Shown: positions 27,564 through 37,208, counted from the first letter of the stretch. The stretch: DNA of 64,000 bases from an uncultured Thermoleophilia bacterium (GCA_963715985.1 CAVQSP010000015.1:1-64000); one strand, 5' to 3'. The notes: a model not told the origin generated them from the letters alone. Made by a program: numbers and translations.

Positions 27564-29638
27564 TCAGGTCTCGACTGGATCGCCCGGCGCCGGCCTAAGG
27601 CGCTCGAGCAGGGCCTCGGCGACATCGATGACCTCCGGCGCGTCGCCGCCGTGCGCTCGCCGCGGCCGCGTCCCGCAGCATGGTGAGGCAGTACGGACAC
27701 GCGACGGCGATGCGCTCCGCGCCCGGAGTCGGCGAGCTCCGCGTAACGAAGGGCGCTGATCCGCGTCTCCTCGTGCTCGACCTGGTAGAAGCTGTTCGCC
27801 GCCGCCGCCGCCGCAGCAGAACGTGCGCACGCCGTGAGCGCCCCGGCAGCACGGCGCGGCCGTCGAGGATCGCCAGCGCGGCGGCAGTGGGCCGGCCGGC
27901 GCGGGCCAGGTTGCAGGGCTCGTGGTAGGCGACGGGCGCGGCGGCGGCGGGCCCGACGTCCAGGCGCCCGGCGGCCACGAGCTCGGCGAGCAGCTCGGTG
28001 TGGTGCACGGCCGGGATGGTGAAGCCGAGGGCCGGATACTCGTGGAGGAACGTGTTGAGGCCGTGCGGGCAGTGCGTGACGAGGCGGCTGCGCGCCCGTC
28101 TCCTTGATCATCTCGATGGCCGTCATGGCGAGCATCTGGAAGCGCCCCTCTTCTCCCAGGCGCTTGGCCGGCTCGCCACAGCAGGGCTCCGCGGGGCCGA
28201 GCGTGACGAAGCTCACGCCGGCGGCGCGGAGCAGGTCCATGGTGGCGCGCGCCACCTGGCTCGAGCGCTCGTCGTAGGCCGCGCCGCAGCCGATCCAGTA
28301 CAGGTACTCGGGCGGCTCCTCCGGCTCCGCGACCCCGAAGGTGATCTGCTCCGCGTAGGGCAGGTCCACGAGCCACGCGGCGCGCTCGTGCGAGGGCAGG
28401 CGATACGGGTTGGAGTTGCGGTCGAGGGCCTGCAGCACCGCCATCTTCTGCTCGTCCACACGGTTGTCGTCGACGAGGGCGCGACGGAAGTCCAGGACGT
28501 AGTCCACGTGACGGATGCGCGCCGGGCACGCCTGTTCGCAGGCGTAGCAGTTGGTGCAGGACCACACGGCCGCCTCGAAGTCGGCGGCGGGCACATCGGC
28601 GGTGGCTCCGCCCAGGTCGGTGCCCAGCGACCGGCGCACGTCCTGGATGAGGTCGCGCGGCGAGAGCGGCCGCCCGGCGGCCTGCGCCGGGCACTCGGCA
28701 TGACAGCGGCCACAGGCCACGCAGGCGTCGGCGGCGAGCTTCTCCGGCGCCGCGATGACCGCCGTGCTCGCGGTGCCGGCGACGAGGTCCACGTCCTCCT
28801 CCGACTCCATCGCCTCGACCACGCTGAAGGGAGTCGTGAGCCTGGTGCGCGGGCGGGCCGGGTCGTGCACGGCCACGGTGGCCGGCACCACCAGCACGTG
28901 CGAGAAGCCCGTCCATGCGAGACCGACGATGAGACTGAAGGCGGCCGCGGCGTGCGTCCACCACAGCACGCGGTAGACGATCACCGCCGACCCGCCGTCG
29001 CTCGCCACGCCGTCCAGCAGGCGCGAGAGCGAGGAGCCCACGAAGGCGGCGGCGGCCCACTCGTTGGGGTGTGCCGCGATGCGGTAGGCCTCCAGGCCGA
29101 AGCCCGAGAGGCCCATGAACAGCAGGCCGCAGAGGACGAGTGTGGTGGCGGTCCGGCGGCCGAGGTAGTCGGGCTTCGCGACGAGCCGCCGCCAGAGCGC
29201 GATGCAGACGCCGATGACGAGCGCCAGACCGGCGGCGTCCAGCACGGCCTCGAACGTGACGTAGAAGGCGCCCTGCAGCGTGAACTCGCCGAACCAGCGC
29301 AGGATGTCCTCGTAGACGACGACGATGGCGGTGCCGATGAACAGCAGGGCCGTGCCGTAGAAGATGGGCAGGTGCAGCGCCGCCGGGAGGCGGCGCTCGC
29401 GCACCTTGGACTGGGCGACCACGTCGAGGGCGGCGCGGCGCAGGCGCGGGCCCCACGCCGGCGCCTCGCCGCTCACTGAAGGCCACAGCCCGGCGCCGCC
29501 GCTGCGGTAGCGCCGGTAGCGCCGCACGCCGCCCCAGATGAACAGGCCGGCCACCACGGCCACGCACGCATACATGGCGACGAGCGTGGCCGTGTGCGGC
29601 AGGAACGGCAGGTAGTCCCGGGCGTAGTCGATGCCCAC
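27564..29638 (-). CDS. Membrane-bound heme b/Fe-S/CCG oxidoreductase (FadF/HdrDE-like; ETF:menaquinone oxidoreductase type), indels in the 3' part
   Basis: N-terminal TM domain with His residues (LHLPIF, WWTH, FSH); CVACGRCHAECP and CTNCYACEQACP; GC..YD, PCCG, YHEPCNL, FCCGGGG, ACPYC; directly after etfA. Confidence 0.88.
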
Positions 29639-29648
29639 CGGCGTCCCC

Positions 29649-30614
29649 TCAGGACCCGCCCAGCGCGGCCACGAGCTCGGGTACGACCTTGTAGAGGTCG
29701 CCCACGATGACGTAGTCGGCGTTGCGTGTGATGGGCGCGCGGGCGTCGCTGTTGACGGCCACGACCACCTTGGCGCCCTTGATGCCGGCCAGGTGCTGGA
29801 CCTGTCCCGAGATGCCCAGGGCGACGTACAGGCCGGCGTTCACCGACGCACCTGTGAGCCCCACCTGGCGCTCCTGGGGCAGCCACTTGAAGTCCTCGGC
29901 GATGGGGCGCGAACAGCCGAGCTCCGCGCCGAGGCTCTGCAGCAGCGGCTGCACGATCTGCAGGTCGTCCGCCTTGGCGAAGCCGCGGCCGACGGCGACC
30001 ACAGTGGCGGCCGCGGCGAGGTCCACGCTCTTCGCGACCGGCTCCTCGGAGAGGAGCGTGACCTCGTGGGCCGGGGCCCCGGCCCGCCGGCGCTCGACGG
30101 CGGCGGCGCCGGCAGTCTGGCCCTCGAAGGGGCCCGTGGTGAAGAGGCACACGGCCGGCCCGGCGAGCGCGATCCGGCCGTCGGCGACGCCGCCGTAGAT
30201 GGAGCGGGTCGCCACCAGACGCCCGTCGGCGCCACGCTCGACGCCGTCGCACATGCCGGCGAAGGGCAGGCCGCGGGCGGCGGCCACGCGCCCCGCGGCC
30301 TCGCGCGCCGCCGGAGCATCGGCGAGGAACACGCCGTCGGCCCCGTGGCCGAGGGCGTCGAGCAGCGCTGCGGCCAGCACGTCGCCGCGCAGCCACGCGC
30401 CGGCGCCCTCGTAGACGAGGAGAGCGTCGGCGAGCCCGCCCAGATCTGCGGCCAGCTGCTCCGCGGTCGCGCCGGCCGGGGCCAGCGTGCCGCCGTCCCC
30501 GGCGAGCGCGACGGCCTCCACGCGGCCGTCGGGCCCGGCGAGCGCCCTGGCCGAGGCGGCCACGCGCTGCAGGTCGGCCACAGAAACGGCGCCGACGATG
30601 AACCTGGCGCCCAT
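29649..30614 (-). CDS. etfA: Electron transfer flavoprotein alpha subunit
   Basis: VAVGRG, GCSRPI, QVGLTG, GISGQVQH, AVNSD..API..ADY.IVGDL. Confidence 0.93.
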   Translation of the reverse strand: MGARFIVGAVSVADLQRVAASARALAGPDGRVEAVALAGDGGTLAPAGATAEQLAADLGGLADALLVYEGAGAWLRGDVLAAALLDALGHGADGVFLADAPAAREAAGRVAAARGLPFAGMCDGVERGADGRLVATRSIYGGVADGRIALAGPAVCLFTTGPFEGQTAGAAAVERRRAGAPAHEVTLLSEEPVAKSVDLAAAATVVAVGRGFAKADDLQIVQPLLQSLGAELGCSRPIAEDFKWLPQERQVGLTGASVNAGLYVALGISGQVQHLAGIKGAKVVVAVNSDARAPITRNADYVIVGDLYKVVPELVAALGGS

Positions 30615-31396
30615 CACAGCACCCCCTCCTGCCGGAGTGACTCGACGAGGCGGGCAGCGCTCTCCTGCGGCGGCCCCTCCAGCACGATCCTCTTGCGCTC
30701 GACCGCCCCCGACGCACAGGCGACGAGCTCGGCGCCCGCCTGCAGCTCGGGCGCGCCGGCGGACACGCCGGCATCGTCCAGCGACAGCCTGGCGATGCGG
30801 TCGCTCTTGACCTTCATGACCTGCAACACCGTGGGCAGGCGCGGCACGTTGATCTGCGAGTCGATGCCGAGCACGCACGGCGTGGGCACCCTGACCGTGC
30901 GGCTCACGTCGCCGGCCTCGAGCACTGCCTGCACGACGCCGTCTCCGGCCTCGACGCTCACCACCGGAGCCACGTACGGCAGGCCGAGCAGTTGCGCCAG
31001 GGCCGGCCCGGTGACGCCGTTGTAGCCGTCCTCCGAGACCAGCCCGCACATGATGACGTCGGGCTCCTCGAGCTCGCCGATCACCGTGGCCAGCACTCGC
31101 GCCGTACGCATGGGGTCGAAGGGGTCGTCCCAGCCGCCGTCGACCAGGTAGCCCTTGTCGGCGCCCATGGCGACGGCCTCCTTGAGCGTCTTGAGAGCGG
31201 GCTCCCCGCCGACCATGAGCACATCCAGGTCGACGTGCTCGCCGGACTCCTTGAGCACGACCGCGGCCTCGAGCGCGTTGCGGTCATAGTCGCTGATCTT
31301 GGTGGGCAGATCACGCAGGACGATCTCACCCCGCTCGTCGTCCCAGCGGATCTCAGTGGAGTCCGCGACGTGCTTCGCGCACACGAGGATCCTCAT
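30614..31396 (-). CDS. etfB: Electron transfer flavoprotein beta subunit
   Basis: ILVCAKHVAD, DRNALEAA, AMGADKG, SEDG, NVPRLP; GGAGG RBS. Confidence 0.93.
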   Translation of the reverse strand: MRILVCAKHVADSTEIRWDDERGEIVLRDLPTKISDYDRNALEAAVVLKESGEHVDLDVLMVGGEPALKTLKEAVAMGADKGYLVDGGWDDPFDPMRTARVLATVIGELEEPDVIMCGLVSEDGYNGVTGPALAQLLGLPYVAPVVSVEAGDGVVQAVLEAGDVSRTVRVPTPCVLGIDSQINVPRLPTVLQVMKVKSDRIARLSLDDAGVSAGAPELQAGAELVACASGAVERKRIVLEGPPQESAARLVESLRQEGVL

Positions 31397-31421
31397 CGCA
31401 CCTCCCTCACAGGTGCCGGCA

Positions 31422-31625
31422 TCACGCCTTGGGCTCCCACTCGCCCTCGGGGGGCGGGAGGATCTCGTAGGCGAAGTGCCGGTGGTACCAGTCCAGGTGG
31501 ATGGTGCGGGCGCGCACGATGCGCTCGCGCTCGCCCTCGTTCATCTCCTGCTGTTTGATGTACGTGTCCATGCGCGTGGGCAGGATCTCGATCTCGCCGT
31601 ACTTGTAGAGAACGTCTTCAGCCAT
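31422..31625 (-). CDS. Hypothetical 67-aa protein inside the oxidoreductase operon
   Basis: MAEDVLYKYGEIEILPTRMDTYIKQQEMNEGERERIVRARTIHLDWYHRHFAYEILPPPEGEWEPKA; GAGGAG RBS, G/C-ending codons, fills the gap between neighbours. Confidence 0.8.
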   Translation of the reverse strand: MAEDVLYKYGEIEILPTRMDTYIKQQEMNEGERERIVRARTIHLDWYHRHFAYEILPPPEGEWEPKA

Positions 31626-31645
31626 GGCGGCTCTCCTCGTGTCGG

Positions 31646-32887
31646 TCAGCCGATGGTCGGCGACGTGGTCTGCCAGTCGATGCCCATCGCCTTGGCGAGG
31701 ACCTCGAGGACGTGGACGGGCTCGACGGGCAGGCCCGCCTTCGCCTTGACGTCGGTGAACTGGTCCTTGCAGTGCGGGCAGGCGACGAGGATGGTGTCTG
31801 TCCCGAGGTCGGCGGCAGCGCGCAGGCGCTTCTGCCCGATGCGGTAGGCGATGTCCTCGTGCAGCTTGCGATACGGGCCGTTGCCGTTGCCGCAACAGTA
31901 GCGCCACTGGTTGCCCGGCGGCACGTCGACGATCTCGGCGCCGGGCACCATGGCCACGAGCTGGCGCGGCGAGTCGGCCTCCACCACGAGCTTGTTGAGC
32001 GTGCAGGGGTCGTGGTAGGCGAACTTGCCCGCGACCGCTATGGACGGCGTCACGCCCTTCTCCCTCAGCTTCCTCAGGATGAAGTCGGTGACGAACACCG
32101 TCTCGATGCCCTCCATGTCGAACCACTTGGGGTACTCACGGATGATGAGCGCGTAGTCGTGCGGGTTGGCCACGACGAGCGTCTTCACGCCCAGGCTCCT
32201 GAAGCTCGCCACGTTCTCGGCGGCGTACTTCTTCCACTCCTCGTCGTCCTCGCTGAGCAGCTCGGGGGCGGTCACGCCGGGCGTGGCGTACACGCCGAAC
32301 TTGACGCCGATCTTGCCGAGGATCTGCGCGGCCAGCCGCGGCACCTCCGTGCCCTGCGTGGCCGTGAAGAAGTCCACGAACAGCGCCGTCTTCATGTCTC
32401 CGGAGAGCTTGATACCTTCGGCCCACTTGGTGACGAGGTCGGCCTGGCCGGCGACGAAGCCGCGGTGCTCGTCGAGGTACTCCTTCACCGCGGCCCAGTT
32501 CCTGATCTCGCCGCCGTCCGCCACGTGGTCGCGGCGGACCTTGCGCACGAGGTCCACGGTGGTGGTTGAACGGCGGTAGAAGTCGCCGCCCATCGACGTG
32601 TTGGGGCAGCGCAGCTCGCAGGCGCCGCACTCGAGGCAGTACGTGAAGTCGTCGATGAGCCTGTCCAGGTCGCCGACGCCGCGACTCACGGCGAGGATGG
32701 ACGTGTGGAAGCCGTAGGAGGTGTGAGCCTCGCGGCGCGTCAGATCGAAGTTTGGGCAGATGTCGCGGCAGAACTTGTGGCGGCACGCGAACACCAGGTA
32801 GGCCTCTTTGACGAACTCGTCCGGGATGCCTTTGGTCTTCGTGAGAGGCTCAGCGTAGAAGTCCTTCTTGCTGAGTTGGTACGTCAT
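31646..32887 (-). CDS. Soluble Fe-S/CCG-domain protein (GlcF/GlpC/HdrD-like)
   Basis: ACRHKFCRDICP, CLECGACELRCP, YHDPC, YCCGNG, ACPHC; ATGA overlap with the FAD oxidoreductase. Confidence 0.88.
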   Translation of the reverse strand: MTYQLSKKDFYAEPLTKTKGIPDEFVKEAYLVFACRHKFCRDICPNFDLTRREAHTSYGFHTSILAVSRGVGDLDRLIDDFTYCLECGACELRCPNTSMGGDFYRRSTTTVDLVRKVRRDHVADGGEIRNWAAVKEYLDEHRGFVAGQADLVTKWAEGIKLSGDMKTALFVDFFTATQGTEVPRLAAQILGKIGVKFGVYATPGVTAPELLSEDDEEWKKYAAENVASFRSLGVKTLVVANPHDYALIIREYPKWFDMEGIETVFVTDFILRKLREKGVTPSIAVAGKFAYHDPCTLNKLVVEADSPRQLVAMVPGAEIVDVPPGNQWRYCCGNGNGPYRKLHEDIAYRIGQKRLRAAADLGTDTILVACPHCKDQFTDVKAKAGLPVEPVHVLEVLAKAMGIDWQTTSPTIG

Positions 32888-34434
32888 GACCGGGCACCTC
32901 CTTCGAACGCCTCGTCGTACGCCTCGTCGAGGCAGTACTTGCCGGGGTTCATGATGTTGTTCGGGTCGATGAGGCGCTTGATCTTCTTCATGATGTCGAA
33001 CGGCCCGTTGGCCATCTCGCGGTGCATGGCGACGTCGTCGTCGCCCTCGCGGCAGGACCCGTGGCAGATGGAGACCGAGGCGTCGTGGTCGACGGCGGCG
33101 TTGGCGATCTCCTTCTTCATGCGGATCCAGGCGTCCCAGGTCTCCGTGTTGTACTGCAGTTCGGCCACGCCGACGTCGATCTCGATGAGGTAGTCGCCCC
33201 AGCCTTTGAACGGGTTGCTGGTGTAGATGAAGATGCCCCAGTCGTCGAACATGCCGGGGTACTCCTGCATGTAGCGGCCGACGATCTCGTGGAACTTCAC
33301 GCGCAGGGCCGGCAGCTCCGAGTGGACGGCCGCCGTGTCCTCGCAGTGCCAGGACATGAGCGTGGCCTGGCCGTCCGGCGTCCGACCGTGGTACGAGAGG
33401 TGGTAGCGGTCGTGGCGTGAGGCCCAGTCGCCCTCGCCCTGCTCGGGGCCGAGGTACTTGCCGCCCCACTTCTTCATGATCTTGAAGCCCTCCTTGACGG
33501 CCGGCTCCACCTCGCACTTGAGGCCGTAGAAGGTCATGAGGTCGACGAACGTGACGTCCTTGTGCAGCGGGATGAAGGCCTCGTCGTCGCGGCGCAGGAA
33601 GTCGATCTTCTTGTCGTCGAAGATCATCGCCGAGGAGATCGTCCCGAAGCCCTTGGTGGTGATGTCGTAGAGCGCGTTGTAGGCGTCGTCCCAGTTGTCG
33701 AAGGCGAAGTAGCCGGCGAACTCCACCTCGGGCTTGGGGTAGAGCTCGAGCACGGCCCTCGTGACGATGCACAGGGTGCCCTGGTGCTGCATGAAGAGGT
33801 CCTTGAGGCGATACCCGGACGAGCTCTTGCGGACCTTCCTGGTACCGCCGCCGCCGACCCAGATCACCTGACCATCGGGCAGCACGCACTCCATGCTGAT
33901 GACGGTGTCGGGGATATGGCCGTAGCGGCCGCCGATGAGAGTCCAGCCGCCGCAGCCGATGCGCCCGCCGATGACGGCGTTGGCGTAGCCGGCGAGGTCG
34001 TCCGGGAAGAACTTGCCCAGCGGCTCGAGGATCTCGTTGAGTTTGAGAGGGTTGATGCCGGTGCCCACGGTGACGCACGAGTTCTCCTCGTCGATCTCGA
34101 AGACCTCGTTCATCCGCTTGATGTCCACGCAGATGCCCTTGCGCAGCGGCATGGCGCCGTCGGCGAGGCCGGAGGCGCCGCCGCGCGGCGTGACGGGGAT
34201 GCGCCTCTCGTTGGCCAGCTTGAGGACGGCGACCACGTCGTCGGTGCCGCCCGGCAGCACGACGACGTCGGGAGTCTGGTCCGCCCAGCGGTGGAGCGGG
34301 AACGGTGCGCAGTTGGCGGCGCGCATGGCCCGCTCGTGCAGCTCGGTGAGCACGTTCTCGTCGCCGAGCAGCGACTTGAGCTCGGCGATCACCTCGTCGG
34401 TGACCGCTCCATACGTGGTGGGTGCGACTGTCAT
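32884..34434 (-). CDS. FAD-binding oxidoreductase, VAO/PCMH family (GlcD/LctD/alkyl-DHAP-synthase-like)
   Basis: PDVVVLP, TPRGGASGL, IGG, VLPDG, GY.L..LF...QGTL.IVT, DPNNIMNPGK; AAGGAG RBS. Confidence 0.88.
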   Translation of the reverse strand: MTVAPTTYGAVTDEVIAELKSLLGDENVLTELHERAMRAANCAPFPLHRWADQTPDVVVLPGGTDDVVAVLKLANERRIPVTPRGGASGLADGAMPLRKGICVDIKRMNEVFEIDEENSCVTVGTGINPLKLNEILEPLGKFFPDDLAGYANAVIGGRIGCGGWTLIGGRYGHIPDTVISMECVLPDGQVIWVGGGGTRKVRKSSSGYRLKDLFMQHQGTLCIVTRAVLELYPKPEVEFAGYFAFDNWDDAYNALYDITTKGFGTISSAMIFDDKKIDFLRRDDEAFIPLHKDVTFVDLMTFYGLKCEVEPAVKEGFKIMKKWGGKYLGPEQGEGDWASRHDRYHLSYHGRTPDGQATLMSWHCEDTAAVHSELPALRVKFHEIVGRYMQEYPGMFDDWGIFIYTSNPFKGWGDYLIEIDVGVAELQYNTETWDAWIRMKKEIANAAVDHDASVSICHGSCREGDDDVAMHREMANGPFDIMKKIKRLIDPNNIMNPGKYCLDEAYDEAFEGGARS

Positions 34435-34667
34435 GGACCCATCGACTCCTTTCTCGTGCGGCGTCGTGCCGGAGTGCCGCGGGCTGCTGCGGGTCGTGGG
34501 GCCAGGTGCGCGTCCCACGGTCGCCGGCGACGGGCGGCGGACAGGACTCTGCCCGGGCGCGAGGTCCGCCCGGCGGGATGCCCCGAGTGTAGCAACGGGG
34601 GCCGCGGGGAGAAGAGAGTACTATGAGGGTTCAATGATAGTAATAACCCCGTATTGAGGAAGGCCCA

Positions 34668-35954
34668 GTGGATACGCCGCCAGAGCCGCCGACCGGCTTC
34701 AAGCTGCCGTCTCTCAACGACCCCATCCCGCGGCCCGACCGGCGCCCTCCGGCCCAGTCGCGCTTCAGCGCCTTCGTGGACTCCGTGTACGACGCGTACT
34801 ACGACTGGCACATCCACACGGGGTACATGGAGTTCTCGGCACAGATGGACGCTCTGCTCGGCCTGGCGCCGGACAGCCTGCCGCGGGCCTTCGCCGCGTG
34901 GCTCGACCGCCTGCATCCGGAGGATCGAGGGGCCACCGTGCGGCTCGTCGGGGCGGCGGTCCGCGACGGCGGCGTGTACCGCGACGAGTACCGTCTGCGG
35001 CGCGAGGACGGCACCTACGTGCGCGTGAGCGACCGAGGGGTCGTGCTGAGGGACGAGGACGGCCGCTCCTCCCACATGGTCGGCGCCATCCGCGACATCT
35101 CCCAGGAACTGGAGGCGCAGCGCGCCCTGCACGAGGCGGCCGAGCTGTACCGCACGCTCTTCGAGAGCGCGGTCAACCCGGCGTTCCAGATCGCCGAGGA
35201 CGGGCGCTTCGTGGACGCCAACGCGGCCGGCACCCGCTTTCTGGAGACCAGCCGTGCGCAGCTCCTGCGCCGGGGCGTGGACGCCGTGTGGGGCGCCGCG
35301 GCCCTGGCGGCCGTGCGCGCGGCCACGGCGTCGGGCGCCGCCGCGTCGCTCGAGCTGGAGCTCGAGCTGGGCGGCGCCGTCAAGGCCCTTGCGGTGAGCC
35401 TGGTGCCGTGCCGCTACCGCGGGGCGCCCACGTGCTTCGCCCTCGGCACGGACATCACCGACCACCGCACCCTGCGCACCGCCCTCGAGGAGTCGGAGGC
35501 GTCGCTGCGCCGCCAGGCCGATGCGCTGTCAGACAGCAACACGGCCCTGCGCGTGATCCTCGAGCAGCGCAATCGCGACCGCGCCGAGCTCGAGCGCACC
35601 ATCTCGGACAACGTGGAGACCATGGTCCTGCCGATGCTCGGGCGCTTGAGCAAGCCGCTCACCGGCACGCCCGAGAGCATCTACCTCGACGCGGCGACGC
35701 AGGCGCTGCGCGAGGTGGTGAGCCCGTTCGCGCAGGCGTTGAGCCCGGCCGCCGAGAGCGGTGCGCAGCTCACGCCGCGCGAACGCGAGATCGCCGGGCT
35801 CATCCGCGTGGGCCGCAGCAGCAGCGAGATCGCGGAGGCACTGTACATCTCCCCCACCACAGTGGCCTTCCACCGCAAGAACCTGCGCCGCAAGCTCGGC
35901 CTGGGCCCCCGCGGGCCGCGTCTGGCCTCGCACCTCGGGCGCACGCCGGGCTGA
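34668..35954 (+). CDS. PAS-domain LuxR-type HTH transcriptional regulator
   Basis: PAS_3 (WLDRLHPEDR..EYRLRREDG..G...DIS), second PAS (YRTLFE..DAN..DIT), coiled coil, LTPREREIA..SSSEIAEALYISPTTVAFHRKNLRRKLGL. Confidence 0.92.
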   Translation: MDTPPEPPTGFKLPSLNDPIPRPDRRPPAQSRFSAFVDSVYDAYYDWHIHTGYMEFSAQMDALLGLAPDSLPRAFAAWLDRLHPEDRGATVRLVGAAVRDGGVYRDEYRLRREDGTYVRVSDRGVVLRDEDGRSSHMVGAIRDISQELEAQRALHEAAELYRTLFESAVNPAFQIAEDGRFVDANAAGTRFLETSRAQLLRRGVDAVWGAAALAAVRAATASGAAASLELELELGGAVKALAVSLVPCRYRGAPTCFALGTDITDHRTLRTALEESEASLRRQADALSDSNTALRVILEQRNRDRAELERTISDNVETMVLPMLGRLSKPLTGTPESIYLDAATQALREVVSPFAQALSPAAESGAQLTPREREIAGLIRVGRSSSEIAEALYISPTTVAFHRKNLRRKLGLGPRGPRLASHLGRTPG

Positions 35955-35974
35955 GGCCGTCTGTCGCCGGATGG

Positions 35975-36006
35975 GCCGCTGCCGCCGCGGCCGCGGCGGC
36001 AGCGGC
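35975..36006. terminator. Perfect 32-bp palindrome between convergent genes; probable bidirectional terminator
   Basis: gccgctgccgccgcgg|ccgcggcggcagcggc. Confidence 0.65.
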
Positions 36007-36012
36007 AGCGCG

Positions 36013-37182
36013 TCAGTCCCTGGGGTCGATCCCGTTGACGGCCCCCGGGCCACCGGGATCCTGCGGGCCACCCGGTTCGTCAGGGGCGTCCGGTCCGTCC
36101 GCCGCGCCCTCGGGCGGGTTCTTGCCGACGCCGGGGGCCAGCGGATCGGGCAGGCCGCGGTGACGTGACCGGTAACGGCTGAGCAGCTGCAGCATGTACA
36201 CGGTCGCGACAGTCGCGGCGATGCCGAGCAGGATCTTGGCCCAGCTGTTCTCGCGCTGGATGGCGATGGCCAGCCCGCTCAGCAAGATGCACCAGGAGTA
36301 GAGCAGCAGCACGCTCTTGCGCTGCGAGAAGCCGTGGACCAGCACGAGGTCGTGGTGCACGTGGTCCTGGCCCGGGGAGTAGAAAGGCACGCCGCGCCGC
36401 CAGCGGCGCCAGACGATGAGGGACAGGTCGACGAACGGCACGCCCAGCACCAGCAGCGGCAGCACGAGGGCGATGGCCGCCGTGCCCTTCATCACGCTCT
36501 GTACGCTCAGACAGGCGAGAACGAACCCCAGGAGCATGGACCCGGCGTCCCCCATGAAGATGCTGGCCGGGTGGAAGTTGAAGCGCAGAAAAGCGAAGGT
36601 GGCGCCGGCGAGGATGGCGGCGATGACGCCGGCGGCCGGGAAGTTCGTGCTCAGCGAGATGATGCAGAACGTGAGCGCGGAGATGCCGCAGACCCCGGCG
36701 GCAAGACCGTCAAGCCCGTCGATGAAGTTCACCATGTTGATGATCATCGCCATCCAGAAGGCCGTGACGAGGATGGAGACGATCGGCGGGAAGTACCACA
36801 TCACGTCGGTGAACGGGATGCCCATGCGGGCGATGCGGATGTCGAAGTAGATGGCCACGCCGATGGCCAGCAGCTGGCCGATGAACTTGACGATGGGCTC
36901 GAGCTCGTAGAGGTCGTCGAAGAGCCCCACTGCCACCACGATGGTGGCGCCGCCGATGATGCCCCACACGGGCCGGTCGACCTTGACGAAGACCATGACC
37001 GGGATCATCCAGCCGAGGTAGATACCGAGGCCGCCGAGGAGCGGCGTGGCAAGCTCGTGCATGCGGCGGTCGTCGGTGGGTGTGTCCACGGCGCCGGTGC
37101 GGTGCGCGAGGCGCCCCATGAACGGCGTGAGCACGTAGACGAGTGCCGCCGCGACGAGAAAGCCCAGGACCGCAGTACGCAC
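36013..37182 (-). CDS. Undecaprenyl-phosphate GlcNAc-1-phosphate transferase (WecA/TagO, glycosyltransferase family 4)
   Basis: RRMH..ATPLLGG, GLFDD, NFIDGLDGLA, NFHPASIFMGDAGS, DHVHH; Pro/Gly-rich tail. Confidence 0.92.
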   Translation of the reverse strand: MRTAVLGFLVAAALVYVLTPFMGRLAHRTGAVDTPTDDRRMHELATPLLGGLGIYLGWMIPVMVFVKVDRPVWGIIGGATIVVAVGLFDDLYELEPIVKFIGQLLAIGVAIYFDIRIARMGIPFTDVMWYFPPIVSILVTAFWMAMIINMVNFIDGLDGLAAGVCGISALTFCIISLSTNFPAAGVIAAILAGATFAFLRFNFHPASIFMGDAGSMLLGFVLACLSVQSVMKGTAAIALVLPLLVLGVPFVDLSLIVWRRWRRGVPFYSPGQDHVHHDLVLVHGFSQRKSVLLLYSWCILLSGLAIAIQRENSWAKILLGIAATVATVYMLQLLSRYRSRHRGLPDPLAPGVGKNPPEGAADGPDAPDEPGGPQDPGGPGAVNGIDPRD

Positions 37183-37208
37183 CGGGCTGTCGAGGAGGAG
37201 CGGCCCGT

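Noticed and set aside
27335-27564. Obligate co-transcription of the ETF module with the atp operon
   Set aside because: A roughly 230-bp gap holds a separate TAGAAT -10 box (27414-27419); read-through cannot be shown from sequence.
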